NCBI RefSeq assembly: GCF_963921235.1 | Contig: NC_086097.1 | Coordinates: 145,578,001 to 145,642,000, forward strand | Direction: 5' to 3' | Length of the DNA: 64,000 nt | From: Mobula hypostoma | Taxonomy: Eukaryota | Shown here: piece after piece, positions 26,201 to 37,250 of the stretch | Layout of the letters: every line of letters starts with the position of its first letter | How positions within the stretch are numbered: position 1 is the first letter of the stretch | Position numbers and translations under genes: made by a program | Notes under the pieces: generated by a model | Told to the model about the DNA's origin: nothing | Seen by the model: the letters and a program-made list of their open reading frames with translations, nothing else | Database searches by the model: none

Positions 26201-29200
26201 TTAGAATGTATGTGGAGAGGTCTAGGACCGGAGGACATAGTCTCAGAATAGAGATGAGGAGGAATTTGTTTAGCCAAAGGGTGGTGAATCTATGAAATTC
26301 ATTGCCATAGACCGCTGTGGAGGCTGATCATTGAGTATATTTAAAGTAGAGTTTGATAGGTTCTTGATTAGTCAGTGAGTCAAAGGTTATGAGTAGTAGG
26401 CAGAAGAATGGAGTTGAGAGGGATAGTAAGTCAGCCATGATGGAGTGGCAGAACAGAATCAGTGGGTTGAATGGCCTAATTCTGCTCCTATGTCTTATGG
26501 TCATGTGCCTCCTTTTTCCTGACCAAAGCTTAATATCCCATGTCAAACAGGGTTCCCTATTTCTGCCTTTCCTTTCACTCCAGGAACATGCTGGCTTTGA
26601 ACTCTTTCTAAGTCTTTCACTTTCTAGATAATCCTTTTATTTGTTAGCACACTCTCCCAATCGAGCTTTGCAAGCTCCAGTCTAGTGCCATCAAAAATAG
26701 ACGTCCCAATTTAAGCAACACACATCAAAGTTGCTGGTGAACGCAGCAGGCCAGGCAGCATCTCTAGGAAGAGGTACAGTCAACATTTCAGGCCGAGACC
26801 CTTCGTCAGGACTAACTGAAGGAAGAGTTACTAAGAGATTTGAAAGGGGGAGGGGGAGATCCAAAATGATAGGAGAAGACAGGAGGGGGAGCGATGGAGC
26901 CAAGAGCTGGACAGGTGATTGGCAAAGGGGATACGAGAGGATCATGGGACAGGAGGTCCGGGAAGAAAGACAAGGTGGGGGGGGGGAACCCAGAGGATGG
27001 GCAAGGGGTGGAGTCAGAGGGACAGAGGAAGAAAAGGAGAGTGAGAGAAAGAATGTGTGTATAAAAATAAATAACGGATCGGGTACAAGGAGGAGGTGGG
27101 GCATTAGCGGAAGTTAGAGAAGTTGATGTTCATGCCATCAGGCTGGAGGCTACCCTGACGGAATATAAGGTGTTCTTCCTCCAACCTGAGTGTGGCTTCA
27201 TCTTTACAGTAGAGGAGGCCGTGGATAGACATGTCAGAATGGGAATGGGAGGTGGAATTAAAATGTGTGGCCACTGGGAGATCCTGCTTTCTCTGGCGGA
27301 CAGAACGTAGGTGTTCAGCAAAGCGGTCTCCCAGTCTGCGTCGCGTCTCGCCAATATATAGAAGGCCACATCGGGAGCACCGGACGCAGTATATCACCCC
27401 AGCCGACTCACAGGTGAAGTGTCACCTCACCTGGAAGGACTGTTTGGGGCCCTGAATGGTGGTAAGGGAGGAAGTGTAAGGGCATGTGTAGCACTTCTTC
27501 CGCTTACAAGGATAAGTGCCAGGAGGGAGATCAGTGGGGAGGGATGCGGGGGACGCATGGACAAGGGAGTCGCATAGGGAGCGATCCCTGCGGAAAGCAG
27601 AGGGGGGGAGGGAAAGATGTGCTTAGTGGTGGGATCCCGTTGGAGGTGGCGGAAGTTACGGAGAATTATATGTTGGACCCGGAGGCTGGTGGGGTGGTAG
27701 GTGAGGACCAGGGGAACCCTATTCCTAGGGTGGCGGGAGGATGGAGTGAGAGCAGATGTACGTGAAATGGGGGAGATGCGTTTGAGAGCAGAGTTGATAG
27801 TGGAGGAAGGGAAGCTCCTTTCTTTAAAAAAGGAGGACATATCCCTCGTCCTGGAATGAAAAGCCTCATCCTGAGAGCAGATGCGGCGGAGACGGAGGAA
27901 TTATGAGAAGGGAATGGGATTTTTGCAAGAGACAGGGTGAGAAGAGGAATAGTCCAGATAGCTGTGAGAGTCAGTAGGCTTATAGTAGACATCAGTAGAT
28001 AAGCTGTCTCCAGAGACAGAGACAGAAAGATCTAGAAAGGGGAGGGAGGTGTCGGAAATGGACCAGGTAAACTTGAGGGCAGGGTGAAAGTTGGAGGCAA
28101 AGTTAATGAAGTCAATGAGCTCAGCATGCGTGCAGGAAGCAGCGCCAATGCAGTCGTCGATGTAGCAAAGGAAAAGTGGGGGACAGATACCAGAATAGGC
28201 ACGGAACATAGATTGTTCCACAAAGCCAACAAAAAGGCAGGCATAGCTAAGACCCATATGGGTGCCCATAGCTACACCTTTAGTTTGGAGGAAGTGGGAG
28301 GAGCCAAAGGAGAAATTATTAAAAGTAAGGACTAGTTCCACTAGACGGAGCAGAGTGGTGGTAGAGGGGAACTGATTAGGTCTGGAATCCAAAAAGAAGC
28401 AGAGAGCTTTGAGACCTTCCTGATGGGGGATGGAAGTATATAGGGACTGGACACCCATGGCGAAAATAATGCTGTGGGGGCCAGGGAACTTAAGATCATC
28501 GAAAAGTTTAAGAGCGTGAGAAATGTCACGAACATAGGTCGGAAGGGATTGAACAAGGGGGGATAAAACTGTGTCGAGGTATGCAGAAACGAGTTCCGTG
28601 GGGCAGGAGCAAGCTGAGACAATAGGTCTGCCAGGACAGGCAGGTATGTGGATCTTGAGTAGGAGGTAGAAACGGGAAGTGCGAGGTGTGGGAACTATAA
28701 GGTTGGTAGCAGTGGATGGGAGATCCCCTGAGCGGATAAAATCGGTGATGGTGTGGGAGACAATATCCTGGTGCTCCTTAGTGGGGTCACGATCGAGGGG
28801 TAAATAAGAGGAGGTATCCGCCAGTTGTCGCTGTGCCTCGGCAAGGTAGAGGTCAGTACGCCAGACTACAACAGCACCCCCCTTATCGGCGGGTTTAATA
28901 ATAAGGTTAGGATTAGTGTGGAGGGAGTGGAGAGCAGAGCGTTCCGAAGGAGTGAGGTTGGAATGGGAACAAGATGCGGTGAAGTCGAGACGGTTGATGT
29001 CCTTTCGGCAGTTAGCGATAAAGAGATCCAGAGCGGGGTGTCCACGAAGAAGAGGAGGGTTGAAGACGGGAGAAGGGGTCATCGGTGGGGGTGGAAGAGT
29101 CCTTGCCGAAGAAGTGGGCTCGGAGACGGCGGAAGAAGGGTTCCGCATCATGGCAAACACGGAACTCTCTGAGGTGTGGGCGAAGGGGGACAAAGGTGAG

Positions 29201-31357
29201 GCCCTTACTGAGGACAGAGCGTTCTGCCTCCGACAGTTGAAGGTCGGAGGGAATGGTAAAGACCCGACACGGCTGAGAGCTGGGATCAGAGGGGGGGGGG
29301 GAGGCTGGGGTTGTCAGTGGAGAGGGGAGGGTTGGGGTGAGAGGAAGATGGAGCCTCTGAGGACCCAGGAGCTGACGATGGGATCTGAAGGAGACAGGAT
29401 TGCAGAGTATTGGTGGGAGAGGGGGAGACGGGAGTCACAATAGCAGCACATAAAGACCCGGCCTGGAGTTTAAGGCTGGAGTCGCAGTTGGTGGTTGCGC
29501 AATCGCTTTGAAGGTGTCCGTGGGGGTTAAATCGTCCCAATTTGAGACTTTAACTACTTTAACTAGTGGACCAGTGCTGTCATTATTCATAATAATCTTA
29601 GTCCAATCTGCTCATAGATAACATTGCCACCAGCTCCATGCTTATTCCATATTAGTGAATGTAGATGTGTTATTTTTAAAGGACGAGTTCAGCTTACTTT
29701 ATAGCTATCCTGCAAGTATATAACAAGAGAATAGTTGAATTTGATAACATTAATCAAGATACTAAGGCCCTGTTTCTTTGAAAGTGTCATCCAATTCAGG
29801 CTTAGTTCAGTCACTTCCAGTATTGTGAAGAGCTGACCTGGACAACATTCTCTTATGACGTTAACTCATAATTCTGTAATTTTCTATGTGCATGTACAAG
29901 GACTTTACTACTTTATACAGAAACACTATTATTGCCTTTTCTGGACATCAAAGAATAGATAATAAATGCATGTTTGCTGGTAGAACCCATATCCCAGATC
30001 TATGAGTGGAATTTTGAAATATATAGCTCTGGCATTTTCCAGAAGATCATTCAGAAAATTGACTAAAATGTTTTTTTTCTCAACTGATTCAATTTTGAAT
30101 TTTGGAAAGTTGCATAAATCCAGTGCATGAAGACATCATATTCAATAATTATACAATTATCAAAATAATATGTTTGCTAAGAAGACTGATTTGTAACCTT
30201 AATTAACTGCTAAACAACTTCTCCTTGCTGCAGCTGTGTAAGAATGCAATGCCTGTAACTTAAATCACACGGTTCTTGAGTTATTAGCAATGTACAGTGT
30301 GTCTCTTTATGTACTTATTCTGTAGTGTTAGGGGCTGGTTGCAATATTACATACTGTATGGTACAAGAAAGGTAAAGGTTCAGCCACCACTAACGCTGCA
30401 GTGCTATTTTTATGCTGATCAAGTTTAATGCTGACAGGAAGTATTTTCTATTGAGACACAATTGTCTCCAATACAGTAAGTGCTGTCACTCGAATTACAG
30501 CACACTAGAGTTTCAAAGTAAATCTCTCTCAAGTCGAGTTTATGATCATATACACAAGTATGATGAGGTAGCTGGTGGAGTGAAAAGCCATCACAGACAT
30601 GTAGATTCAGATAACACAACACAGAACTAAAGTTGTGTCTAAATTATATAAGACAGAAGAAAGAAAAGACTGCAAAATAAGATATTAGTGTAAAAAATAA
30701 AAATGGAGAATTCTCTCAAAAGAATGTATCCATGGTAGTGCAAAAGGAGGTGCGTAGTGCTCTGGTGCTAAGGGAGGACAAGGGTTGTGCATATCGACTC
30801 AAGAAACTAATGGTAATATGAGGCTAGGTATTCAGGATGTGAGACCTCAAGCCTCTGTACCTTCTGTCTGATGGTAGCAGTGAGAAGTTACTTGCATCAA
30901 TCTTAATCCGTTTTTATGTTCCATGCAAACCAGTGAGTCTGGAATTGTCAAAGAACTCAAGAAATGTTTTCAGTTAAAACAAGTGCTACTGTCGTACAGC
31001 CTTTTGGATAAGGTTTACTGAAGTACAAAAGTATTATCTTGTGACATTAAAAGTCTGTAGTAAATTTTTTATGCCTCTCACCCATCTTTGCCTCTTACCA
31101 TTTTCTTGCAGGACGTAGGTTGTGGAGCTAGTTTGGGGGTGATATCTGACAACCTCCTCGTGACTGGGGGACAAGGCTGCGTCAGCCTCTGGGACATTGG
31201 CTACGGGGACTTGCTTCAAACTGTCTACCTGGGCAAAAGTAATGAGCTGCAGCTTGTTCGACAGCTGCTGGTCTTGGACAATGCTGCCATCGTGTGTGAC
31301 TTTGGCAGTGAACTTAGCCTCGTTTACTTCCCGTCTGTGCTGGAGAAACTAGACTGA
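2025..31357 (+). CDS. SCAP: SCAP, SREBP cleavage-activating protein, 3' portion, spliced: join(2025..2267,3836..4281,4773..4988,7855..8056,15435..15550,17690..18236,18871..18956,19747..19829,20591..20757,22969..23049,24723..24929,31112..31357); 5' exons lie upstream of the window
   Basis: Twelve exons with AG/GT ends and compatible phases join into one frame from LADLNKRLP to PSVLEKLD*. The peptide matches vertebrate SCAP loop 6, TM7, loop 7, TM8 and WD40 repeats. Confidence 0.98.
2439..2964 (+). mobile_element. Tc1-like non-autonomous element (MITE-like), TA-flanked
   Basis: TA|CACTTATTGGCCACTTTGTTAGGTA...TACCTAATAAGCGGCCACTCAATG|TA imperfect TIRs; degenerate transposase N-terminus [29 protein letters not shown]. 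Confidence 0.85.
3240..3660 (+). mobile_element. Old CR1 LINE 3' fragment
   Basis: Decayed match to the CR1 ORF2 end (ctatgaggacagg...ctggagtttagaag) seen in better copies at 23217..23672 and 33893..34680. Confidence 0.6.
3836..4281 (+). CDS. SCAP: SCAP exon (TM7 and luminal loop 7)
   Basis: ctctttttgag|GCGGGGACT...AGGAA|gtaagt; [17 protein letters not shown]...[22 protein letters not shown]. Confidence 0.93.
4773..4988 (+). CDS. SCAP: SCAP exon (loop 7, C-terminal part)
   Basis: tttaacag|ATATGTC...TACAA|gtaaat; [10 protein letters not shown]...RHPQD...DITLYK; phase 2-2. Confidence 0.95.
5142..6227 (+). mobile_element. Rex1/Babar-type LINE, 5'-truncated copy
   Basis: ORFs 5120..5767 and 5795..5983 ([16 protein letters not shown]), CAG>TAG stop at 5765, same 3' UTR, and AATAAAGTATGAAGTATG tail. 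Confidence 0.92.
6345..6650 (+). mobile_element. CR1 LINE 3' fragment
   Basis: agactagaaatagaggtcat...gaagggcctttttctgtgctat; same subfamily as 53380..53655. Confidence 0.7.
7855..8056 (+). CDS. SCAP: SCAP exon (TM8 and linker)
   Basis: tcttgtag|AGTTGGA...TTAATG|gtgagt; [25 protein letters not shown]...[14 protein letters not shown]...KGHLM. Confidence 0.96.
10060..11740 (-). mobile_element. Degenerate CR1 LINE fragments interrupted by a Tc1-like MITE
   Basis: Reverse-complement CR1 ORF2 hallmarks (gaccaggaccgcacacagtactctaaatgtggcctaacc; [16 protein letters not shown] in ORF 11481..11708). Confidence 0.65.
10623..11209 (-). mobile_element. Tc1-like non-autonomous element, same family as 2439..2964
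   Basis: TA|CACTCAGTGGCACTTTATTAGGT...CTAATAAAATGGCCACTGTGTG|TA; ORF 10833..11096 [16 protein letters not shown]. Confidence 0.85.
11743..13178 (+). mobile_element. Tc1 DNA transposon, defective, with long (~200 bp) TIRs
   Basis: Inverted ends (tttgcaattacctggttttctgcattaattact / agtaattaacgcagaaaaccaggtaactgcaaa); frameshifted transposase [55 protein letters not shown]. Confidence 0.9.
13639..15275 (-). mobile_element. Tc1 DNA transposon, full length (~1.64 kb) but defective; a second family
   Basis: TA|CAGGGCCTATAAAAAGTATTCA...TGAATACTTTATATAGGCTCTG|TA with ~200-bp TIRs; transposase pieces [21 protein letters not shown] and [18 protein letters not shown]. Confidence 0.92.
15435..15550 (+). 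CDS. SCAP: SCAP exon (first WD40 repeat)
   Basis: tcccctag|GATATT...TCAAG|gtattt; [32 protein letters not shown]. Confidence 0.96.
15690..15858. mobile_element. Miniature inverted (palindromic) Penelope-terminus derivative with a 10-bp TSD
   Basis: CCACACCATG at 15680..15689 and 15859..15868; inverted arms 15692..15717 and 15797..15822 (23/26); arms match the Penelope end at 50660..50790. Confidence 0.8.
16600..16912 (-). mobile_element. tRNA-derived SINE (V-SINE/HE1-like)
   Basis: Core ggtatgtctttggactgtgggagg...gagcacccg...gaaacccac, tRNA-like head at the right end, (ttta)n tail at the left; same family as 60405..60655. Confidence 0.75.
17148..17378 (+). mobile_element. 5'-truncated Penelope 3' end with a 13-bp TSD, nested in an older CR1-like fragment
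   Basis: CCTCTCAAAATCT at 17135..17147 and 17379..17391; pyrimidine tract, then cagtcctgatgcagggtttcaaccc...ctgagttcttctagca. Confidence 0.8.
17690..18236 (+). CDS. SCAP: SCAP exon (long loop within the WD40 domain plus the next repeat)
   Basis: tatttatag|GCAATGG...CTTGAG|gtaaaa; [16 protein letters not shown]...[22 protein letters not shown]. Confidence 0.95.
18871..18956 (+). CDS. SCAP: SCAP exon (WD40)
   Basis: tttcag|GTGTGG...AACAG|gtgaca; [25 protein letters not shown]. Confidence 0.95.
19747..19829 (+). CDS. SCAP: SCAP exon (WD40)
   Basis: tcttacag|AATTGTT...CGAG|gtaggg; [15 protein letters not shown]...QLQYR. Confidence 0.95.
20591..20757 (+). CDS. SCAP: SCAP exon (WD40)
   Basis: tgttcag|GAACACCC...CTCAGA|gtgagt; [27 protein letters not shown]. 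Confidence 0.96.
22005..22850 (-). mobile_element. CR1 LINE 3' fragment
   Basis: Starts with the reverse-complement tail agaatcatagaa...agcatagaaatgggcc; CR1 ORF2 C-terminal sequence follows. Confidence 0.7.
22969..23049 (+). CDS. SCAP: SCAP exon (WD40)
   Basis: tcttacag|ATATAT...GACCAG|gtaaca; [27 protein letters not shown]. Confidence 0.96.
23217..23672 (-). mobile_element. CR1 LINE 3' fragment (young)
   Basis: ORF 23290..23667 [34 protein letters not shown]...[14 protein letters not shown]; cataggaacatagaa tail. Confidence 0.9.
24723..24929 (+). CDS. SCAP: SCAP exon (WD40)
   Basis: ctcttcag|ACAATG...CAGCAA|gtaggt; [22 protein letters not shown]...[14 protein letters not shown]. Confidence 0.96.
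25213..25965 (-). mobile_element. Rex1/Babar-type LINE 3' fragment, a different subfamily
   Basis: [12 protein letters not shown]...[10 protein letters not shown]...[40 protein letters not shown]; (caatt)n tail. Confidence 0.85.
26005..26503 (+). mobile_element. CR1 LINE 3' fragment
   Basis: [20 protein letters not shown]...EAYQILK; tail ctgctcctatgtcttatggtc. Confidence 0.85.
26713..29532 (-). mobile_element. Penelope-like retroelement (RT plus GIY-YIG endonuclease), 5'-truncated, defective, with an 11-bp TSD
   Basis: ORF 27901..29193 [58 protein letters not shown] 27104..27397 [40 protein letters not shown] at 26702..26712 and 29533..29543. Confidence 0.95.
26777..26814 (-). ncRNA. Minimal type I hammerhead ribozyme motif in the Penelope 3' terminus
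   Basis: Minus strand TAGTC-CTGACGA-AGGGTCTCGGCCT-GAAA-TG-TT-GACTG: stem I, CUGAnGA core, stem II hairpin, GAAA, minimal stem III, UH site. Confidence 0.7.
30525..30890 (-). mobile_element. Old Rex1-like LINE 3' UTR remnant
   Basis: caagtcgagtttat tail and ctctgtaccttctgtctgatggtagc, which resembles the LPSGRR-coding end at 25440. Confidence 0.45.
31112..31357 (+). CDS. SCAP: SCAP last coding exon
   Basis: tcttgcag|GACGTA...[28 protein letters not shown]...[16 protein letters not shown]. Confidence 0.97.
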   Translation, partial: DVGCGASLGVISDNLLVTGGQGCVSLWDIGYGDLLQTVYLGKSNELQLVRQLLVLDNAAIVCDFGSELSLVYFPSVLEKLD

Positions 31358-33892
31358 ATGAAGGAGGGAGTTCTATACTGATGAGATTTTGCCTCAAGGA
31401 AGAAGCATTGATGCAATTTTCAATCATGGTCTTGAGTATTTGAGTGACTAGAGATGTGATACACTGGATGGTTAGAAGCTCAAGTGCATGGGGACAGATC
31501 TGCACAATATGCTGGGGGTCTTTACTTTGTGTCAGCGAGCAGATTTTGATTTTTATAGTTAATGTAACAAAGCTTCAGAACTGCAGGCATGGTGAAGGGC
31601 AACAAATCTGCCCTCAAGCACTTCGTTGACATAACAAGCACGTTGAAGTTTAGTAATCAAGCCTGATTTTATTTGGTTTTACAATATTGCTTCATGTGAA
31701 TTAGACATAACTGTGACGCAAAGATAGCACAGAGGTATTATTTTTTAAATTATTTTTTTAAATGCATTAAAGTTTAGGGAAGGAAAGTGCTGTGCAAGAG
31801 ATGTTTAATCATGCAGATTGAGCAGTTTTTAGTTGGTAAAAATAAAGATATTGAATTTGCAAGAAAGCTAAACAAAGAAGAAAAATTGACAATACATAAC
31901 TGGTTTGACTGTACACAGGGTGAGAAAAAGAGATGTGGTGAAATGTTCTCTAAAATGCCATCAAATCAGTTGTTATGTCAACTTTTGACTAAATACCTTT
32001 TTTGTTTCTCTCAAAAGAAAAAAAATGAAATGTTTAAATACATACAGCAGAATGGGGCTTATTCATATCTGAGGACTTCTTAAATTGAGGCTTCGCCTGT
32101 CTGGGTTCAGTCTACCTACTTCATGGACTGTCTACATCAAAATATTTGCTTGTCTCCATGTGCTGACGATCTCAATGTAAGTCAGACATTCTCTGTAATC
32201 TTATTATGACAGAATAATCCCAGTATAGCTGGCAGAGCTGTTCAGCACTCGCCTATGTTTCTGCCTCCTAACACTTGTGCATCATTATACCGTCTACAAT
32301 CCATAGAGCCCTTGCTGGACAAATCTTGCCTAATAAATGCTCACATTTTTTTCATTCATTACTTTTGATCTAAAAGCAGCTTTCTGAATGAAGCTATCCA
32401 TGTTTATTGAAATTGCTGACCAGGGTTGCTCAGGAGTGCATTCTTTCAGGACAGAAATTGCTACACTCCTCTGTCTTTATGGAGTTTGCTGAATGCAAGT
32501 ACTGAGTTAAAAGTAGACTATTATTGTAGTACCATATCTGTGGCAATTGACAATACAGTCCCTTCACAGCAAAGGCAATTCAGCAGCTGTATTAATAGTA
32601 ATATAATCTAAACATTACGACTGAACTGAATGTTTTTTCAACATCTGAAACTGCCAGGAAATGTTTACCATAGCCTTTCTGCACAATTAGAATCAGAACC
32701 TTACAGATGGTACCTCATGTGCCTGCTCTCCAAAACAGCTATTCAATTAGTACCTTTCCCCAATTCTTTTCCGATACATCTACCTTAATTTTCATTTCTA
32801 AAGTTTTATCTATTTTTCTAAACAATGAATTTTCACCAGATTTCCCCTAAGTCTTCTATATTTTGATGTTTGTTATTAAAACAACTACAATAATTTTAAG
32901 TCACAAAAATACATGGGATACCATTTTAGACAGTTAACTGTTATCATTGTTTCATAATGCGCTTGCTATGAATGGATTATTCTGGTTGTTTAATCAAGTA
33001 ATTGGTCGGAGTATTTAGTAAAAGATTATCAATGTGCATTTTGTTTTTGCTGCCATATGAGAAATTGATGGTTGTTTGCAGTCTATGAATATCATATTGT
33101 TACTGGTATGTTGCAAAATAGTGTTTGAAAATACAATACTTTGATTATGCAGATAAAGGTAGCCAGACCTCTTTAAGGATGCTCTTTGAATCATGAGGGT
33201 ATAAGCTGAATCTATTATCCTTTTTTTTCCCACATCCTCCATGCTTCCTGGTCACCATCTTGTCAGGATATGTGTGCACAGTTAAGATGAGTGATGGATA
33301 AATGAGTAATATTGCTGAAATTCTGTAATCACCCTGATAACCAACAGCTCAGTATTTTCTCCCCAACCAGCTGCAAAAGCAGTCTCCCATAACTCGGTTT
33401 AGTTGCACTTTTAATTTCTTGGAACAATTAATTTTCATGCATATAAAGAAATACTAAATTAGTGGAAGAGAGAATTAAACAGTTTTCAAATTCTGTATCA
33501 ATGAAAACTTAATCAGCACTATTATCTGCCTGCTTAATTCAAAATATTTATTGTTTTTATGTTATTTTAAAGATTGTCTGTAATGCATCAAGTTGATGTC
33601 ACTTATTTATAAGGAATAACTGTAAAAGGTGAAGAAGCGTACTGGAAATTTGTCCCATATCACACTACTGATAGGTTGTTGGTCAGAATCGTTGCTTGGA
33701 TACTTCAGCCAATTGTGGGCGGGAGGCTGGAGGAGATTTCCCACTCAACCAGTGGGGCATCATACCATGTTTGTTTTTCTAGTTTTCTATTTGTTTCCCT
33801 ATAGCTCTGTATTTTTTTTTACTCCATACACTATTTTCATTCACTTCTCCAGGTCCTTTAGTTCTCTTTCACTTCTCTGTCCTACTTCAACA

Positions 33893-34680
33893 GATGGAGT
33901 TCAACCCGGAGAAGTGTGAGGTGGTACGCTTTGGAAGGACAAACTCCAAGGCAGAGTACAAAGTAAATGGTAGGATACTTGGTAGTGTGGAGGAGCAGAG
34001 GGATCTGGGGGTACATGTCCACAGATCCCTGAAAGTTGTCTCACAGGTAGATAGGGTAGTTAAGAAAGCTTAAGGGGTGTTAGCTTTCATAAGTCAAGGG
34101 ATAGAGTTTAAGAGTTGCGAGGTAATGATTCAGCTCTATAAGATTCTGGTTAGGACACACTTGGAGTACTGTGTCCAATTCTGGTCGCCTCACTATAGGA
34201 AGGACGTGGAAACATTGGAAAGGGTACAGAGGAGATTTACCAAGATGCTGCTTGGTTTAGAGAGTATGGATTATGATCAGAGATAAAGGGAGCTAGGGCT
34301 TTACTCTTTGGAGAGAAGGAGGATGAGAGGAGACATGATAGAGGTATACAAGATATTAAGAGGAATAGATAGAGTGGATAGCCAGCGCCTCTTCTCCAGG
34401 GCACCACTGCTCAATACAAGAGGACATGACTTTAAGGTAAGGAATGGGAAGTTCAAGGGGGATATTAGAGGAAGGTTTTTTACTCAGAGTGGTTGGTGCG
34501 TGGAATGCACTGCCTGAGTCAGTGGTGGAGGCAGATACACTAGTGAAATTTAAGAGACTACTAGACAGGTATATGGAGGAATTTAAGGTGGGGCGTTATA
34601 TGGGAGGCAGGGTTTGAGGGTCGGCACAACAATGTGGGCTGAAGGGCCTGTACTGTGCTGTACTATTCTATGTTCTATAT
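33893..34680 (+). mobile_element. CR1 LINE 3' fragment (young), downstream of the SCAP stop
   Basis: LYKILVRTHLEYCVQFWSPHYRKDVETLERVQRRFTKML; ERRRMRGDMIEVYKILRG; ttctatgttcta tail. Confidence 0.92.
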
Positions 34681-37250
34681 GTTAACTCCTTTTTTCCTGA
34701 GCATCTTTCTCTTTTTTTTCCATTTCTATTTTGGTCCATGCATTCCTCCATCTTCCCTTTTACAATTTTTGTCCCTCTAGCCTCTGTTTTGCACTTCATA
34801 GCATTGCTGATGAGTTTGGGAATTTGGAACCAAGTAGGGGTATTAAACTTGCTGCTGTATTGAGGTTTTTTTAAAGTTACAGACTCTTTTTATTCAAAAC
34901 CGAGAGATTGTTTCATATTTAAAGACAGAATGATGTTAGAATTTTTAAAAAGAAAAAATGCATTTGTTATGATTTTTGGATGTACTAATACCATGCTTAA
35001 CTGAGAGGATTCTAAACACACACTTTTCTCCTTCTGATCAATGGAATATTTCTTTTTAGGTTTCCATCTGAATAGGTCTCTTGAATATAAATAAATTACC
35101 TGCAGCCTCTCTTCTGTTTTGTTTTTAAGTTTTAGAGATTGGTAGAAAGTCAAAATTAGAAAAATGTACAGAACCAAAGAATATTTCTTAATTTTTTTTG
35201 GAACAAACTTAATAAAAAATGTAAATATTGATTTAATCTGTTTTTATACTAAGATGCGCTAAGTGGTTTATTTTTAGTTTGCAATTTATTTTCCACTTTT
35301 CTCCTCTCCCAAAGAAATAAAAGTATTCCCTGTTACTGGAAAATGATTCAGGGGGTGTTATCCTTGCCCGATTTGCTTGTAGTTAATGAACCTGCCATGG
35401 ATTAAGAGATAAAGTATGAGTTACAGATCTCTAGCACTCTTGGTCAAATTACAGCTTTAGTAATGTTTTGAGTGTTTGGTTGATAAATTAATGAGTAGGT
35501 GTTCCATTCAGAAACATTGAACTTGTGGGTTCTAATACAACTGAGGCATTAGGGAAGGTATTTAGTGGATATAAGTGGAATAATGCTGGAGGTCACTACC
35601 AAGAAATGGAGTTAGGAACCAGGTAAGTAGGTTATGTAAAGCACAAAGACTTGCCCAAGTCAGATTCTTAGAGCCTAGCAGACAATGCAATGAAAGTTGA
35701 TTCATTAATGTACCATTATTGAACTGTAGGCCCAAAACAAAATGTTTGTTAGACTGCAGACTGTTCAACCTGCTCTTCCAGGCATCAACCAAGTTCACTG
35801 ATCCTATTCCTCTCATTTGTGTCCATCTCTGAACAGACTCAAGGGATCTGAATTAAGTTAATAAAATGGGAAGAATGGCTGTTAGAATCTTAGAGAAGGT
35901 GGTGTTTGTGTGGCAGGATAAAGAAAAGTAGGAAACAAATATCATCAAAGTACCTGAGCCTGCAGTTTAAAACCATTAGCCAATTAGTCCCACTCTTTTT
36001 CCTCAAAGCATTGCTAACTTTTACTTTTCAAATGTATATCTGGGCTATCTGACCTATCAAACCCCATCTGTGAAGACATTGTCAACTTACTGTGTCATGA
36101 ACTGGGATCTCTTTCCTTTTTGCTAGAAGTATGTAATCAGGTTTTTAAAAAATCATATTCATGTAATAGCCACTAGTATTTTTTGAGATGAACTGTATAT
36201 GGGGCCTCTGTGATATCAGCCTACTTGCTTAACACTCAGTCATGGTGAAGTCAGTTTTTTAACCTCTGGGGATAGAACAAAGATATGGCCTTCACTTTCA
36301 TCTACTGCTACAAACATCATTCTCTCTCCGTTAATGTATCCATCTGCTTGAGATTTTCTGCACAAACTTTTATTCATGTACTTCACCCTGAGAGATTGAC
36401 TATCAGCATAGCCTGCAACCTTACTCTGCATAAATACAGCCAGTGAGTTGTGATATTTATGTCTGAAAGGCAGTGTATTTTTCCATGTGTTTTCATTCTT
36501 CATTTGCATATATTTCAGGTGCTGGAATATATGGCAACACAAGGGCTGCCCCGAGCACATCCTGGTTGTTAACACAAATAACACATTTCACTCTCTGCTT
36601 TGATGTACATGTGTCAAATAAATTTGAACCTTGAACTTCACTGTGTTTACCTTTTCCCCCAATAGTGTCGTTTTTAACCTTAGTACATTCAATTCCCTAC
36701 TATTCTCAAAGAATCATAGTTATAGCACACTGGGAAATGTTTACTTTTAATGCATTTGTTCTGTCTTGTATCCATAACCACTTGGCATTCTTTTTATCAG
36801 CAAAGCATAAACTTGATGCTTAACTTTGCAGAGTTATCTGTAAAAACTTATAAATCTCACCTCTACACTGCCAATTGTTTGCATCCAGTCACATTAAAGT
36901 TGCTGGTATAAGCAAGCCTTGCATAGTTTTATTTTTATTTCTTTAACAACTCTCCCTCGTTTCCTAATGTTTATTCACTAAAGACCCTCTTGTCTGATCT
37001 ACTTTTAAGATTAATCTTAAATTCTTCACAGTATGACTCAGTTTACTGAGTAAACAGGAGCAAAACCTGTACATACTGTGTGAAATATCCAGGTTGGATA
37101 ATTGTGCCTTTATTCATTTTGAGGTGGAAATATAAAGAAAAACTTGAAAAATGTTGGAACCCCCGTGCCACGTCAAACAGTTTATGCTGGAATATAAATG
37201 CAAATTTAGTGGTCTTCCAAATTAAGGAGAGTCCATCAAAAATCCACACA

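Noticed and set aside
27901..29193. RT with telomerase-like or retron-like motifs as a novel or domesticated gene
   Set aside because: The adjoining GIY-YIG domain, TSD, stop codons and second decayed copy identify an ordinary Penelope-like element.
26845..29345. G-rich tracts (26845..27105, 29290..29340) as functional G-quadruplexes
   Set aside because: They are the complement of Penelope pyrimidine tracts and homopolymers. Nothing in the sequence suggests a host function.
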